DNA of 64,000 nt from Diplonema japonicum. Lineage: Eukaryota > Protista > Euglenozoa: Diplonemea. This document shows, piece after piece, positions 48,090 to 59,507 of the stretch. The translations under genes and the position numbers were made by a program. The notes beneath the pieces were generated by a model that saw nothing but the letters and a program-made list of their open reading frames with translations, was not told where the DNA came from and did not search any database. The stretch's first letter is position 1. Each line of letters starts with the position of its first letter. The stretch covers positions 62,001 to 126,000 of the forward strand of contig OZ025691.1 in NCBI GenBank assembly GCA_964019335.1, in the 5' to 3' direction.

Positions 48090-51000
48090 ATGGCAAAAGT
48101 CCTTGCAGTTGATACGAGAGTCTTTTACCGGCACAGTGAAAGGAGTTGGGAGTCGGGAATCGTGATCGGGTGTGAAGAAACGGCAAAGGGTTTGAAATAT
48201 TCCGTGAAAGCAGCCCCACCATTCGAAGAAATCCAAGACGGCGTGCCTCAGTACGATGTGCACAGGCAGCTCGACGGTGTTCTCGACGCGAAACCAGACG
48301 ACCTGCTACAACTGAGCGAGCTCCACGTCTCCGTCCTGCTTTCCGTCCTGAGAAACCGCTTCAAAGAAGACAACATCTACACAAACATCGGGAGCTTGAT
48401 CATCGCAGTCAACCCTTTCAAATGGTCCATCCCATGGTACAAGCCCGAGAAGGGCGTTGAGTACATCGACGAAGGTTGGAAAGGCGCTCCCTTGAATCGA
48501 TCAGGCCTCCGTCCCCACTCATGGGCAGTTGCGAACAAGTCATACTGGGACATGATAACACAAGGAAATCAAAGCATCCTCATCAGCGGTGAAAGCGGAG
48601 CCGGGAAAACAGAAGGCGCGAAGATCATTTTGAGATATCTAGGCGACCTGTGTGTTCGTCTCCTCGAAAAGGACAACGGTTCCGAGGCGGAGAAGAAGGC
48701 CGTGCACGACGTCAACGAGAAGCTGCAGACGGCCTCGCCCATCTTAGAGTCCTTCGGGAACGCCAAGACAACACGGAACGACAACTCCTCCCGGTTCGGA
48801 AAGTTCATGAAAATGCAGTTCAACTCAAAAGGCATCCTCGTTGGAATGGATGTCACGCCGTACCTGCTCGAAAAAAGCAGAGTCGTCAAGGCAGGTCCCG
48901 AAGAACGACTGTACCACTCTTTCTACCAGCTTGTCTTTGGAGCCACTCCGGAACAAAAAGAGAAATACCTCCTTGAAGACGCAAAGACATACAAATCTTT
49001 GAAAGCAGGCGGGTGCTTGACCATCCCAAAGGTAAACGACGCGGAGGATTACCAAGAGGTTCTGCGTGCAATGGATACCGTTGGGTTCAGTTCCGAGGAG
49101 GTCGACGCTTGCTGGAGGGTTGTCGCAGCGTGTTTACATTTATCATGCGTGGAGTTCACGGAGAATGAGAACGCACATTCGAAGGTTGAGGACGCAGTGC
49201 CAGTTCAAAAGGCAGCTGCAATGCTGCAGGTCAACGCAGAGGAGTTACAAAAAGGGCTCGTCACAAAAACATTGCGCTCGAGCAGGGACGTGAACATCAT
49301 CCCGTTGAACAAGAGCCAGGCGAGCGACACACGGAACTCGCTGTGCATGTTCATCTATGAGAAGAATTTTTTGAGATTGGTCGACAAGATCAACGATGTT
49401 GTCAGCAAGCCTGAGCAAGAGGACCGTTGGATCGGCCTCCTCGACATCTTCGGGTTCGAAAACTTCGAGACCAACTCTTTCGAGCAGCTGTGCATCAACC
49501 TCGCCAACGAACGCCTTCAAAAACACTACAACACGTACGTCTATGACAAGGACCTTCAAGAGTGCCGCGAAGAGGGCATCAAGAACGCCACGGAAGGCGT
49601 CGTTGTCAACGACAACAAACCCTGCCTCGACCTCATCATGGGTGCAAAAGACAGCATTCTTTCGATCTTAGATGATCGGTGCAAGTCCACTCAAAAGGGT
49701 GACCTCAAAGATGATCAAAAATTCCTCGATATCATGATAGAAACCTTTGGAGGGGAGAAACGAGATAAGGGCACGAAACGGAATGCGGAAGGACAGGTCA
49801 TTGTGAAGCGGGAGAACCCCGCCGACTTCTTCGAGTACGACCCAAGGAAGCCGACAGAGTTCGCAGTCCACCACTACGCGGGAAAGGTTCGGTACGACTA
49901 CGCGGGTTTCGTGAACAAAAACATCGACCTCCTCTCGGACCAGATCAAGCAAGTTATCAGGGAATCCGAAAGCGAGCTCATAGCAACCCTCATGCCCTCC
50001 GCACCGAAACCAGGCGAACGGACAACCCGTGTCACCGTCAGCGGTACCTTCAGGAGATCGTTGACGGAACTCATCGACACAATCCAATCAACGAAACCGA
50101 ACTGGGTCCGATGCATTCGCCCTAACCCACAGAAGGTCTCGGATCGCTTCCACACTGCGTCAGTTCTCGACCAGCTCACCTGCAGCGGTGTCGTCGAAAC
50201 AGTTAAAACAAGGCAGCAAGGATTCTGGTATCACAAAAAAAAAAAAAAAAAAAAAAAGGAGAAGAAAAAAAAAAAAAAACTCCACAGTTATCGCATGCCA
50301 TTCGAAGAATTCTCCTACCGCTACTCGGTTTGCGGAGACAAAACAGTCGTAGGGAACAGGCAACGTTGTTCCACCATCCTTATGGCTCTTAAGGTATATA
50401 TTGGGAAAAGAAGAGGGAAAAGGAAATCAAAATACACGAAGATCGACAAATCAGAGGGTCAAGTTGGAAAGACTAAAGTGTTCCTGAAGGTGAAAGCCCA
50501 CCAACACATAGAAGAGTCTCGAGAAGACAAGCTAAAGACGCACGTTGTGACGATGCAGACGCTGATCCGTTGGAGAGCTAGCAGGGTGGTCGTGATGGAC
50601 AGGAAGTACAGCGTCATGGGTCGCAGGGTACAGAAGTGGGTGAAGTTCGTTATGGCACGTGATGAGATGGTCAAGGAGCATTTCAGGAAGGTGTTGGGAC
50701 AGCTGTTGGTACAGCACAAGAAGGAACGAGAGGAGATGGTTAAGAAAGAGTTGACCAGCCGGCAAGAAACGACAAAAGAAGAAACCAGCGCACGGCTCGG
50801 TTTCAGCGCGGATCACAAAGAAGGTTTGCGCCCATTATGGGCAGCCGTACTAATACGCTGCCAGGGTGTCGAGGAAAAAGCCCGCGAAGATTTGTTTCTC
50901 GAAGAAGATGAAGAATTTGCATTGTTCAGCCCCGCGGCTAAAGAAGACCGGTCTATGTGCAAATCAAGACAAGACGAGCGCAAACGGCGAGAGAAACAAG

Positions 51001-51833
51001 CCAGGAAAGAACAACGCCTTGCTATTGAGATGAGAGAAACCGCTGTTCGTGAGATAATCACCGAAGAAGAGATCATAGACCGGGAAGCGATCCGGGACGA
51101 ATGGATTCCGGTGAACAGGAAGATGCAGGTTCTAATCCAAAGAATCCACAAACTCAACGCGGCGAGGGAGAAGAAGATGAAACAACTACAACTCGAGATG
51201 GAGATCGAGATCAAACGCAAGATTCGCGACGACAGGAAAACCTACAAAGAAGAGCGCTACCTGTGGCAGCGACACAGCGAACTGAACGCATCTTTACACA
51301 CAAGCACAAGTACGACATCAGCTTCATATCAAAGCAGTGAGCTTCCAAGTGAGGCCCCCAGTACAGGTGCGTGGTACGAAGCCACCAACGAGCCCGAAGA
51401 AGACAATGATGACTGGCTGGTACACGAGGAAGATCGTCAGAATCACATGCCCACTGTGACCCCACCAGTGCCGCGTGAAGTTCCAACTTTCACACCACCG
51501 TTTCATTCACAGCCCCCCATGGAGGAACAGAGCGCCACCCTTCACCATCAAGACTCGTCCTTCCTCTCTCTCAATCAATCCACAGCGTTAGGGCCCATCG
51601 AGGCTATCAGACAAGAGCAGAGGTTTTACTCTGCCGGTGCCCCTTCGACTATTATATCTGGAGACCCTGCTATGGCTGGGATCAGTTCTTATGCCGGGTA
51701 CTCGGAATACTGGAAAGAAGCATACTCTTCCCAGCAGGGCTTGCGTCGAGCCAACCAGACTTATCGACAGCAGCTCAAAGCTTACAAAGCTGTCCGAAGA
51801 CGCTGTGCCCATGTCAATGACACAACATTGTAG
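48090..51833 (+). CDS. Myosin heavy chain (motor domain, IQ-like, coiled tail)
   Basis: GESGAGKT, FGNAKTTRNDNSSRFGK, LLDIFGFE, VRCIRPN, GKTKVF; in-frame introns 50228-50287 and 50394-50441. Confidence 0.96.
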   Translation: MAKVLAVDTRVFYRHSERSWESGIVIGCEETAKGLKYSVKAAPPFEEIQDGVPQYDVHRQLDGVLDAKPDDLLQLSELHVSVLLSVLRNRFKEDNIYTNIGSLIIAVNPFKWSIPWYKPEKGVEYIDEGWKGAPLNRSGLRPHSWAVANKSYWDMITQGNQSILISGESGAGKTEGAKIILRYLGDLCVRLLEKDNGSEAEKKAVHDVNEKLQTASPILESFGNAKTTRNDNSSRFGKFMKMQFNSKGILVGMDVTPYLLEKSRVVKAGPEERLYHSFYQLVFGATPEQKEKYLLEDAKTYKSLKAGGCLTIPKVNDAEDYQEVLRAMDTVGFSSEEVDACWRVVAACLHLSCVEFTENENAHSKVEDAVPVQKAAAMLQVNAEELQKGLVTKTLRSSRDVNIIPLNKSQASDTRNSLCMFIYEKNFLRLVDKINDVVSKPEQEDRWIGLLDIFGFENFETNSFEQLCINLANERLQKHYNTYVYDKDLQECREEGIKNATEGVVVNDNKPCLDLIMGAKDSILSILDDRCKSTQKGDLKDDQKFLDIMIETFGGEKRDKGTKRNAEGQVIVKRENPADFFEYDPRKPTEFAVHHYAGKVRYDYAGFVNKNIDLLSDQIKQVIRESESELIATLMPSAPKPGERTTRVTVSGTFRRSLTELIDTIQSTKPNWVRCIRPNPQKVSDRFHTASVLDQLTCSGVVETVKTRQQGFWYHKKKKKKKKEKKKKKKLHSYRMPFEEFSYRYSVCGDKTVVGNRQRCSTILMALKVYIGKRRGKRKSKYTKIDKSEGQVGKTKVFLKVKAHQHIEESREDKLKTHVVTMQTLIRWRASRVVVMDRKYSVMGRRVQKWVKFVMARDEMVKEHFRKVLGQLLVQHKKEREEMVKKELTSRQETTKEETSARLGFSADHKEGLRPLWAAVLIRCQGVEEKAREDLFLEEDEEFALFSPAAKEDRSMCKSRQDERKRREKQARKEQRLAIEMRETAVREIITEEEIIDREAIRDEWIPVNRKMQVLIQRIHKLNAAREKKMKQLQLEMEIEIKRKIRDDRKTYKEERYLWQRHSELNASLHTSTSTTSASYQSSELPSEAPSTGAWYEATNEPEEDNDDWLVHEEDRQNHMPTVTPPVPREVPTFTPPFHSQPPMEEQSATLHHQDSSFLSLNQSTALGPIEAIRQEQRFYSAGAPSTIISGDPAMAGISSYAGYSEYWKEAYSSQQGLRRANQTYRQQLKAYKAVRRRCAHVNDTTL

Positions 51834-52063
51834 AGGGGAAGACAGGAAAAAAAAAAGAGGAAATTTTTTTAGTTTTTTTTTTTTTTTTTGTCTTATAGAT
51901 ACTCTGTGTTATTTTGTTTTTTTTTCCACCCTCTTCCTAGCCCTTGTGTACATCCTTTTTTTTTTTTTTTTTTCTTCCCTATCTTCACCCCCCTTTTTGT
52001 GTTAAAAAAAGAAAAACTCAAAACACAGGGCTGTAGGGGGTGGCGGAAAGAGACATACATTTT

Positions 52064-53339
52064 ATGTCGGGACAGGACACCGATGGGGGGGAGCATCCAT
52101 GCCGCTGCAAGCGGTATATGGTGCAATTTAACAGACCGGGTTTCAGGGACCTGTATATTCAAGAGGTAATGGCAACAAATATACCCCCCTCCCCCTCCCC
52201 CCCTCCCCCCTTAACCTACACAACTTTTACAGTGTTTTGAAGTCCCTTCACGATACGAAATCGACGAAAAAGAAGCAGGGCTCGGTGTGGGTGCCTATGG
52301 TGCGGTGGTGAAAGCCTATGACACGGTCACAGGAAAGCACGTGGCGATAAAAAAATGGAAGGAGGTTTGTTTTTTTTTCTTTTCTTTTCTTCTCACCCCT
52401 CCCCTCACATTCTTTTCCAGCTCTTCGATCCTGGCCAGCCCCTGCGTACGAAGTCGAGTCTTCGGGAATTGAAGCTCCTCAGACACTTCTCGTCTTCCAC
52501 CCATCCACACCCTAATATCCTGCAAGCCCACGAGATCTTTATCCCCCTTGGCAACCCTGACGATAGCACCAAGTCGTACTTGGAACGGAGAAAAGAGTTC
52601 AACTCCGTCTACGTGGTACTCGACCTGTACTCCTTCAGTTTGAAACAGCTTTTGACAACCGCTGACCTTCAAAACCCGTTGGGGGAAGAATACCGGGGGT
52701 ACTTTATGTTCCAGCTCCTTCATGGGTTGAAGGCAATGTTTCGCGCGTCATGTGTGCACCGTGACCTGAAGCCGGAAAACATTCTCATAAACATTGAAGA
52801 TTCGAGTCTTTGTATCTGTGATCTCGGATCGGCTCGGGGATATGAAGCGGATATTGACACTGGCATCACCAACCTCTACTTCACCACCACGCAGTGGTAC
52901 AGCCCACCTGAATCGTTTTTAGAGTGTCTTCAAAACAAACCGGATCTGGAGACGCAGGTGATAATGCCCAACCCGCAGTCCGTCGACATCTGGGCGTGCG
53001 GGGTTATCCTTGCGGAGCTTATGCTCGGGGAACCGTTGCTTCCTGGGAAGGGCGAGGACCACATTGGGCAGCTCACCCTGATTTTCACCAAGGTGGCCCC
53101 TATCACAGAGGAAGACATCAACAAGCTGAATTTTAGGTCGAAAGAGGTACAGGAAAAGAAAAAAAAAAAAAATCACGACAAATACGACTCTTCTCCCCTC
53201 CCCCTCCCCTCTCCATAGTTGAAAAGGATAATGCTGGACATAAGCCGTGCAGGCCGAAGCGCCAACGTCAGAAAGTTGTTTGACGGAAAGCTTGACAAAG
53301 CGGGGAAGCCGTACTCGTCAAGGGAGTTGGGTATGGCAG

Positions 53340-53380
<41 letters not shown>

Positions 53381-53624
53381 AGATATGCTCGAGGCGATGC
53401 TCCAAATCGACCCTTGCAAACGTGTGACGATTGATGAGGCTTTGGAATTTCCTTATTTCGAGGACTTCCCGCCCCCTGAAGAGGAGGAGGAGCAGGACCC
53501 GGCAAAGTTTGAATTTCGGTTCGACGCCGACAGGGACGCACGGGAAGATATCTGGGAGGAATATGAGAAGGATAACAAAGAAGTCAAAGAATTTTTCGAC
53601 CGGCTCATCTTAAATAACAAGTAA
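52064..53624 (+). CDS. MAPK-like CMGC kinase
   Basis: GVGAYG, VAIKK, HRDLKPENIL, DLGSAR, QWYSPPE, DIWACG; introns 52166-52232, 52365-52420, 53147-53218, 53331-53382. Confidence 0.9.
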
Positions 53625-54130
53625 GGGGTTGGGTCGAATTGGGTTTGGGGGGTTGGGGGGGGAGGGGGGGAAGAAAGTGTAGAATCACCTCTCTCCATTA
53701 TACTTGCCTTTTTTTTTTCCCCCCTTTTTTTTTTTTTTTTTTTTTTTCCGTTTCTGGGGTGAATGGAGGGGAGTGTTTTGAGGAGAAAAATTTATTAAAA
53801 AAAAAAAAGAAAGAATTAAAGAGAACGGGGGAAAAAAAAAAATCAGGTGTAATCCATTCGCTCCACTTCGCTTCCCAACACCCACACGTGCACCTTCATT
53901 TCTCTACCCCTGCTCACACATACACCAAAAAGGTTTCTACTGTTTTGTATTAAGAAGAAAATAAAATAAAAATAAAAAGAATGTAACCCCTTTTATTTTA
54001 CCCGTTGCCCCCCCCCTTTTTTTTTAAATCCCATGTTATCCCCCTCTTAAATCTCTTTTTTGGTTTAGGTTTGTAGTTTTTAATTTTTTATTTTAGGCGT
54101 CCTGCCACGTACAGGTACTCCTAAATGCCG

Positions 54131-54164
<34 letters not shown>

Positions 54165-54621
54165 TACACCCTCATATCCCTATAGCACGTCAAGACCTCC
54201 CCTGTTATAATGACTCAAAATTTAATCTACTTGAAAACAAATGGCGGGGAGGGTACTCAGATGGATTCCGTTTCAATCCTTGCTATTCAATATCGAAAAA
54301 AAAAAGTATTTTTATTTTATTTTTTTATATTTGAGTTTTTTTTTTTTCTTCTTCTTCTTTTTTATTCAGGCTCTCCGGTAAGGTGGGGATAGACCGGCGA
54401 TCTTTTAGTATTAGTTGAAAGCCACGATGTGCTTCTTCCATCAAACATAGTTCCGGACAACAACCTGGTTAGCGAGACAGGTACCCGGGATGGCAAGGGG
54501 ACGAGGACGCCCTGCGCTCTCAGTTGGCCTTAGGGGCTCGATTTTGGGTTTCACAATGGCCCACCTATGAACCTCTCTCAATGCGAAGAGAGTCCTGAGG
54601 TCACTGTGGAGCTGCATCTAC

Positions 54622-54830
54622 ATGCAGCTCCACAGCAAGCTGCGCCTCGTGTTCACAAGACTCAGGACATCAATTAAACCTGAGAAACTGAACCGTCTAT
54701 TGGTGATAAGCACGGAGGGGGCAGATGTTCCGAGTGAAGACTTCATCAGTTGCGTCATAAGACGGTTTCATGATATGCCGACAAGCAGACGGCATGTGAA
54801 CCTTACTGAGGCTGAGTTTCTGGAGGAGTG
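54622..54830 (+). pseudogene. hAT transposase C-terminal dimerisation domain remnant
   Basis: LRLVFTRLRTSIKPEKLNRLLVISTEG..VIRRF..RR resembles the hATC pattern. Confidence 0.5.
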
Positions 54831-55200
54831 GCACAAACGTTCAGGGAGTGTTCACGTGTGGCGGGGAGCCCAATTAACGTTCACCCCCTATTTTTATTTT
54901 TATTTTGAAAAAAAAGGGTCAAAAAATCGGCCAAAAAAGTAACCCATTTTGAACCGGGGGCCCTGTTTTTATATATATTTTTTAAAGAGAAAAATAAAAG
55001 AAGAAGACAAACATGTTTCCGTGATCTTTTATATAATCCCCCCCCCCCCCCCCCCCGCATCCAGCCTTTCTTTTTTTTTATTTTTTATTTTTTTTTTTTT
55101 TTTTACCTTTTTGCTTGAGTGTGTGGTGCGTTATTTTTTCAAATAACCCTGCCCCCCCCCCATTTTTTTCTCAGACAAAAAAAAAGTAAATAGAAGCAAA

Positions 55201-55830
55201 ATGGCCCGGGTGTTGGGGAAAAGGGACCGGAATTTGTACCGCAAGAAGCAAGGGCGCTCCGAGTTAGAATTATTTACAAAGCTGTTGGATGGCAGCCTGG
55301 TGGCCAAACAAGAGAGAAGGCAGCTGTGTGACGTGGCAGGGGCAATGAACAGGCTCCCCGTGAAGAGACCCCCAAAGAAGGTACCAGAAGTACCCTTGGA
55401 ACCAATAGTACCAACTGTCTATAAGCCGGGCCAAGCACTGGTTCTTATGAGCAGGTCAAAATATGCAATTGATGAAGCACTCAGCAAGTACACCTTCACA
55501 CAAAAGCCGCCCAGGGCGAAAGGGACCATTTCCTACCATTTCCCTTCTTATAAAACATTGCCACACCAATCTTTTACAAGCAATAAGGACCGGATTCTCT
55601 GTGTGTTGAACGATCAACAGCAGCTGCCGCACAAAGAGTTTGACTCTCCTGTAAGCAGTGACAGTGAGGAAGACGAGGAGAGTGATGACGCAGGTTTCTC
55701 GCCTCTCTCCGGGTCCCGGAGAAAAACGAAGTCGACGAAGCGGAACACGTTTCTCGAGATTGCCGATTTTGTAGAAGCTGCTCACGAAGAACTCCTGTGT
55801 CTTGTGTCCCCAAAAAAACGGGAGGCCTGA
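55201..55830 (+). CDS. Hypothetical protein
   Basis: 209-aa ORF after polyY-AG and A-rich leader. Confidence 0.65.
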   Translation: MARVLGKRDRNLYRKKQGRSELELFTKLLDGSLVAKQERRQLCDVAGAMNRLPVKRPPKKVPEVPLEPIVPTVYKPGQALVLMSRSKYAIDEALSKYTFTQKPPRAKGTISYHFPSYKTLPHQSFTSNKDRILCVLNDQQQLPHKEFDSPVSSDSEEDEESDDAGFSPLSGSRRKTKSTKRNTFLEIADFVEAAHEELLCLVSPKKREA

Positions 55831-56336
55831 AAGAAAAAATCTTTTCTTAAAACAAACTGCTCTCCTTTTTAAAAAAAGAACCCCCCCCCCCCCGATACCG
55901 TCCTCTGCATGTCCTTTTTCCTTGTTACAAAAAAAAATGATTTTATTACTGTATGAAAGTTGTTGCCGAGCAAAAGAAAAAAAAAAAAAAAAAAAAAAAA
56001 AAAGAGAGAACAACAAAGACATATAGTCATGAATAATCTTTTTTTTTTATATATTTATTTTTAAAAAATTTACACGTACGTGCAAAGTGACAAAAGCCAC
56101 AGGTGTTTAAGGTGGTTCAAAAAAAAAAGAGGAAACTATAGTTTAAAGATATCCTCCTCCCCCCCTCCCCCCCTTCCTCCTCTTATAAATTGGTACGAGT
56201 AAATCGTTTAGTTGTATGCTTACTTTCTTCTTCCGACGACCTTTCTCCCCCCCCCCCCCCATTTTTGAAGCATCATTTCTTTGAATACTGGTAAATACAA
56301 CAGGCGGAGGTGGAGAGGGGGACGGTCCCCTGAAAA

Positions 56337-58378
56337 ATGCCGGAAAGCTTAAAGGAAACCATCACAAAACTCACCGCAAACCGAGAGGAACAAGGGGAAG
56401 ATGTACGGTTCAACAAAGAGACAGTTTTGGCGAAGCTGTCGAAGGAACAGAGAGAAGAAGGCTTGGTGAAGCTCAAAGGCATCGAGATCAGCATGGGAGG
56501 AAAAGGCCTAGTAGGAGACGGGCTAGAAACATGCACAGCACTCCGCTCAATAGACCTATCAGGGAATAGGTTGGAAGGTTTTCGAGACACGACAAAACTA
56601 AAGGGTGTAAAAGAATTCATCCTGGACAAAAACGCAATAAAGGACTTGAAAGGGGTCGCTCAATACACCCAGTTGCAGCATCTGAGCTTAGCAGACAACC
56701 TCTTAACGGTGCTCCCAAAGGAGCTGAACTATCTAACCAGCTTGAAGTCTTTAAACGTGGAGGGAAACCAGATCGAAAAAATCACAGTGAAACTTATCTT
56801 GCCCCAGCTAACCGTCTTCAACGCTTCGAGAAACAGGTTGGAACAAATTGGAGCCGAAGTAGCTTTCCCGAAGCTCACCGAGTTGAAGCTGTCCCACAAC
56901 AATATAAACACATTTTCCGGGGTTCAAAAATTCACGTCTCTAGAAGAGCTGGACCTGGCTTACAATAATTTATCTGAGAGCTCATCAGACGCTTACGCGA
57001 ACAGGAGGGCGGCGGTGGCAATGGCTCCATTGAGAATGTGTCAAAACCTGGTTTCGCTGAATGTTCGGTGTAATAAGTTGACAAGTTTGTCGTTCTTACC
57101 CACGCTTCCGCATTTGACAGACTTGCTGTTGGGGGAGAACAATCTTGGAAAGGCTGAACTTGAACTTAAGCAGCTTGAAATCGAAAGTACAGAATCGCAT
57201 TCCATCTTCACAGACATCGACGAATCTTGCTATGGATCCGAAGATGAAGGCATCCCTGTAAAGCCCACCGTCTTTGTGAAACGGAAGAGTTCTGTTGCCA
57301 GCACCGTTGTGTCTAAGGCGTCCAGTACAGCGAGGCGGAACGCCGCAAAAACCATCTCCGACCACTGCCCTGCCTTGGAGGTTCTTGACGTGTCTTCTAA
57401 CCCTTTCCTTTTCCCGACGTACGCCCACCTCGCTCCCTTGCAGCGGTGCAAAACCCTTGCTGATCTCCGCTGCACCGGTTCCTTCCACTCGCAAACCGAC
57501 GCTACTCACAAGAACGGTGTGTACGCGGCTCTCCCTTCTCTTGAGGTCATCGACGGTTATTCTGTGGTCAAGGTCAACAGGATTGAGATCGAGGACCTTG
57601 AAACAGATCAAGACGGGGAGAAGAAGATCACGGAGGTTGCTTTTAAGAAGGAATCGGTGTGTTTGGAGAAAAAAAAAAAAAAAAAAAAAAAAAACAGTCA
57701 TTCGGCATCCCCACTGCTGGGGCATGGTCTGCACCAGGCCTGCGGCCCTCCACAGCTTGCTCAGACCGGCCCACGACGTCTTCTGGTAAAAAAAAAAAAA
57801 ATAAATAAATAAAATAAAATAAAATAAAAAAAACAAAACAGGCCGGCCTTTAATGCGGCCGATCAGTTCCTGCAGCAGCATGTGGTCTGGTGTGTCGTGG
57901 GTGGGGTCTGAAGCTCGGGACGAGGTGACGGACACAATGGCCCGCCTCAAGGAGATGAAGGAGAAGGCGTCGCAGCGGGTTGCGACCCTGAAGGAGGCCC
58001 TCGAGATGCTGCCCGACAAGGTTGCTGACATCAAGTCTGCAGCAGAGAACATTGAGGACCTCCTGGAGGGCGGGGGGCAGATGAGCAGAAGCTCATCCCC
58101 GCGGCCACCTTCAACACCCACACCGCCTGCCGGGCAGATCAGGTACAGGAAGGGGTCCACCGACAGTGTGACCACGACACCTCTTTCCAGCAAACCGTTG
58201 AAATCTACACCGACAGGGAAACCGAGGACGAAGTACTACCATCTGCAGAAAAGGAACAATTTTCAAGGAAAAGCGGGGCTTAGCTTTGCCGAAGAGGCAA
58301 AGCTCGCGAAGACCCGGGCCACGGTGGAGGAGGAGTTGGACAAACGCCTGCTCCACCACCATGTGCAGATGATGCAAG

Positions 58379-58458
<80 letters not shown>

Positions 58459-59021
58459 CGCTCGAAGAAGAAGCGGCCTTCTGGAGAATCGATCGGGACC
58501 CAAGCAGGAGGGGGCACAGCGCCCCCCGCCGTCACGGTGCCTCCTCTGCGCAAGCTTCCCACGAAGGAAACTGCGTCCACAGCTTGCTCGCCTATAAAAA
58601 CCGCAGATGGCGGAATGGAACCACTGGAGCTGTCGACGGTGGGGAACGCTGCAGCACCTACATATTCTTCATCTTCTGATGAGGACTCTGGAGACATGCC
58701 TATGACACCCCCGCCACCGCAAGATTTTTCGACAACAGTCGTTTCGGGGCTGGACACGAGGACTGCCGTGTCGTCATTCAATGTTTTTACGGCTACCGAC
58801 ACTCCTGCTGCAGTTGCGCGGACGAAGTTTAAGAGCCCTCCAAAAACCCGTGTTCCTGGAGACATGAAACCTGTGCTGAGGACTCCTAAAGCTTCTCCTG
58901 TTGACTTGTCGGAGACACTGCGCTCAAACGCCTCCTCTTCTTCGTCTTCGGCAACTTCGAAACAGGTTGCCGTTGGTTTAAAACGAAATTTGCAAAGGTT
59001 TGTGTTTGGAAGGGGAGAGAA

Positions 59022-59062
<41 letters not shown>

Positions 59063-59112
59063 GATCCGGGAACAGATCGTTGAATGCAAAAATGGTTTCA
59101 AGAAGACAATAA
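56337..59112 (+). CDS. Leucine-rich-repeat protein with low-complexity polyQ tail
   Basis: Multiple LxxLxLxxN repeats, LRR cap (LPSLEVIDG); A-rich introns 57657-57697, 57786-57841, 58998-59063 join the ORFs. Confidence 0.88.
58381..58458 (+). repeat. (CAA)26 coding microsatellite (polyQ)
   Basis: Perfect trinucleotide run. Confidence 0.97.
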
Positions 59113-59507
59113 GATAGAAAAAAAAAAAAGTCATGTTTGACAAAAAAAAGTTTTTTTTTGAGAAAAAAAAAAAAAAAGAAGAAGAATGGCCCTCGTTCTT
59201 TCCCCCTTTATGTTGATTCCCCCCCATTTTTTGATTGTTTTATGATTTCTGTTGATTACTTCCTTTTTTTTATCTCTCTTTTTCTCTCTCGTTCTCTTTT
59301 TTTTCTTTCTTCTTCTTTTTTTTTTTCTCTTCCTGTTTTCTTCCCTTTCATTCACTCCGTTTCTTATTCTTTATATGTTTGTTTATTTATTTATTTTTTT
59401 TTAAATTTTTTTTGGAAAACCATTTCACTGGTGCTGCCCAAAGGAAGGCCATCAAAAAAAAAGCCCAACAGACACGACAGAACAAAAAAAAAAAAAAAAA
59501 AAAAAAA

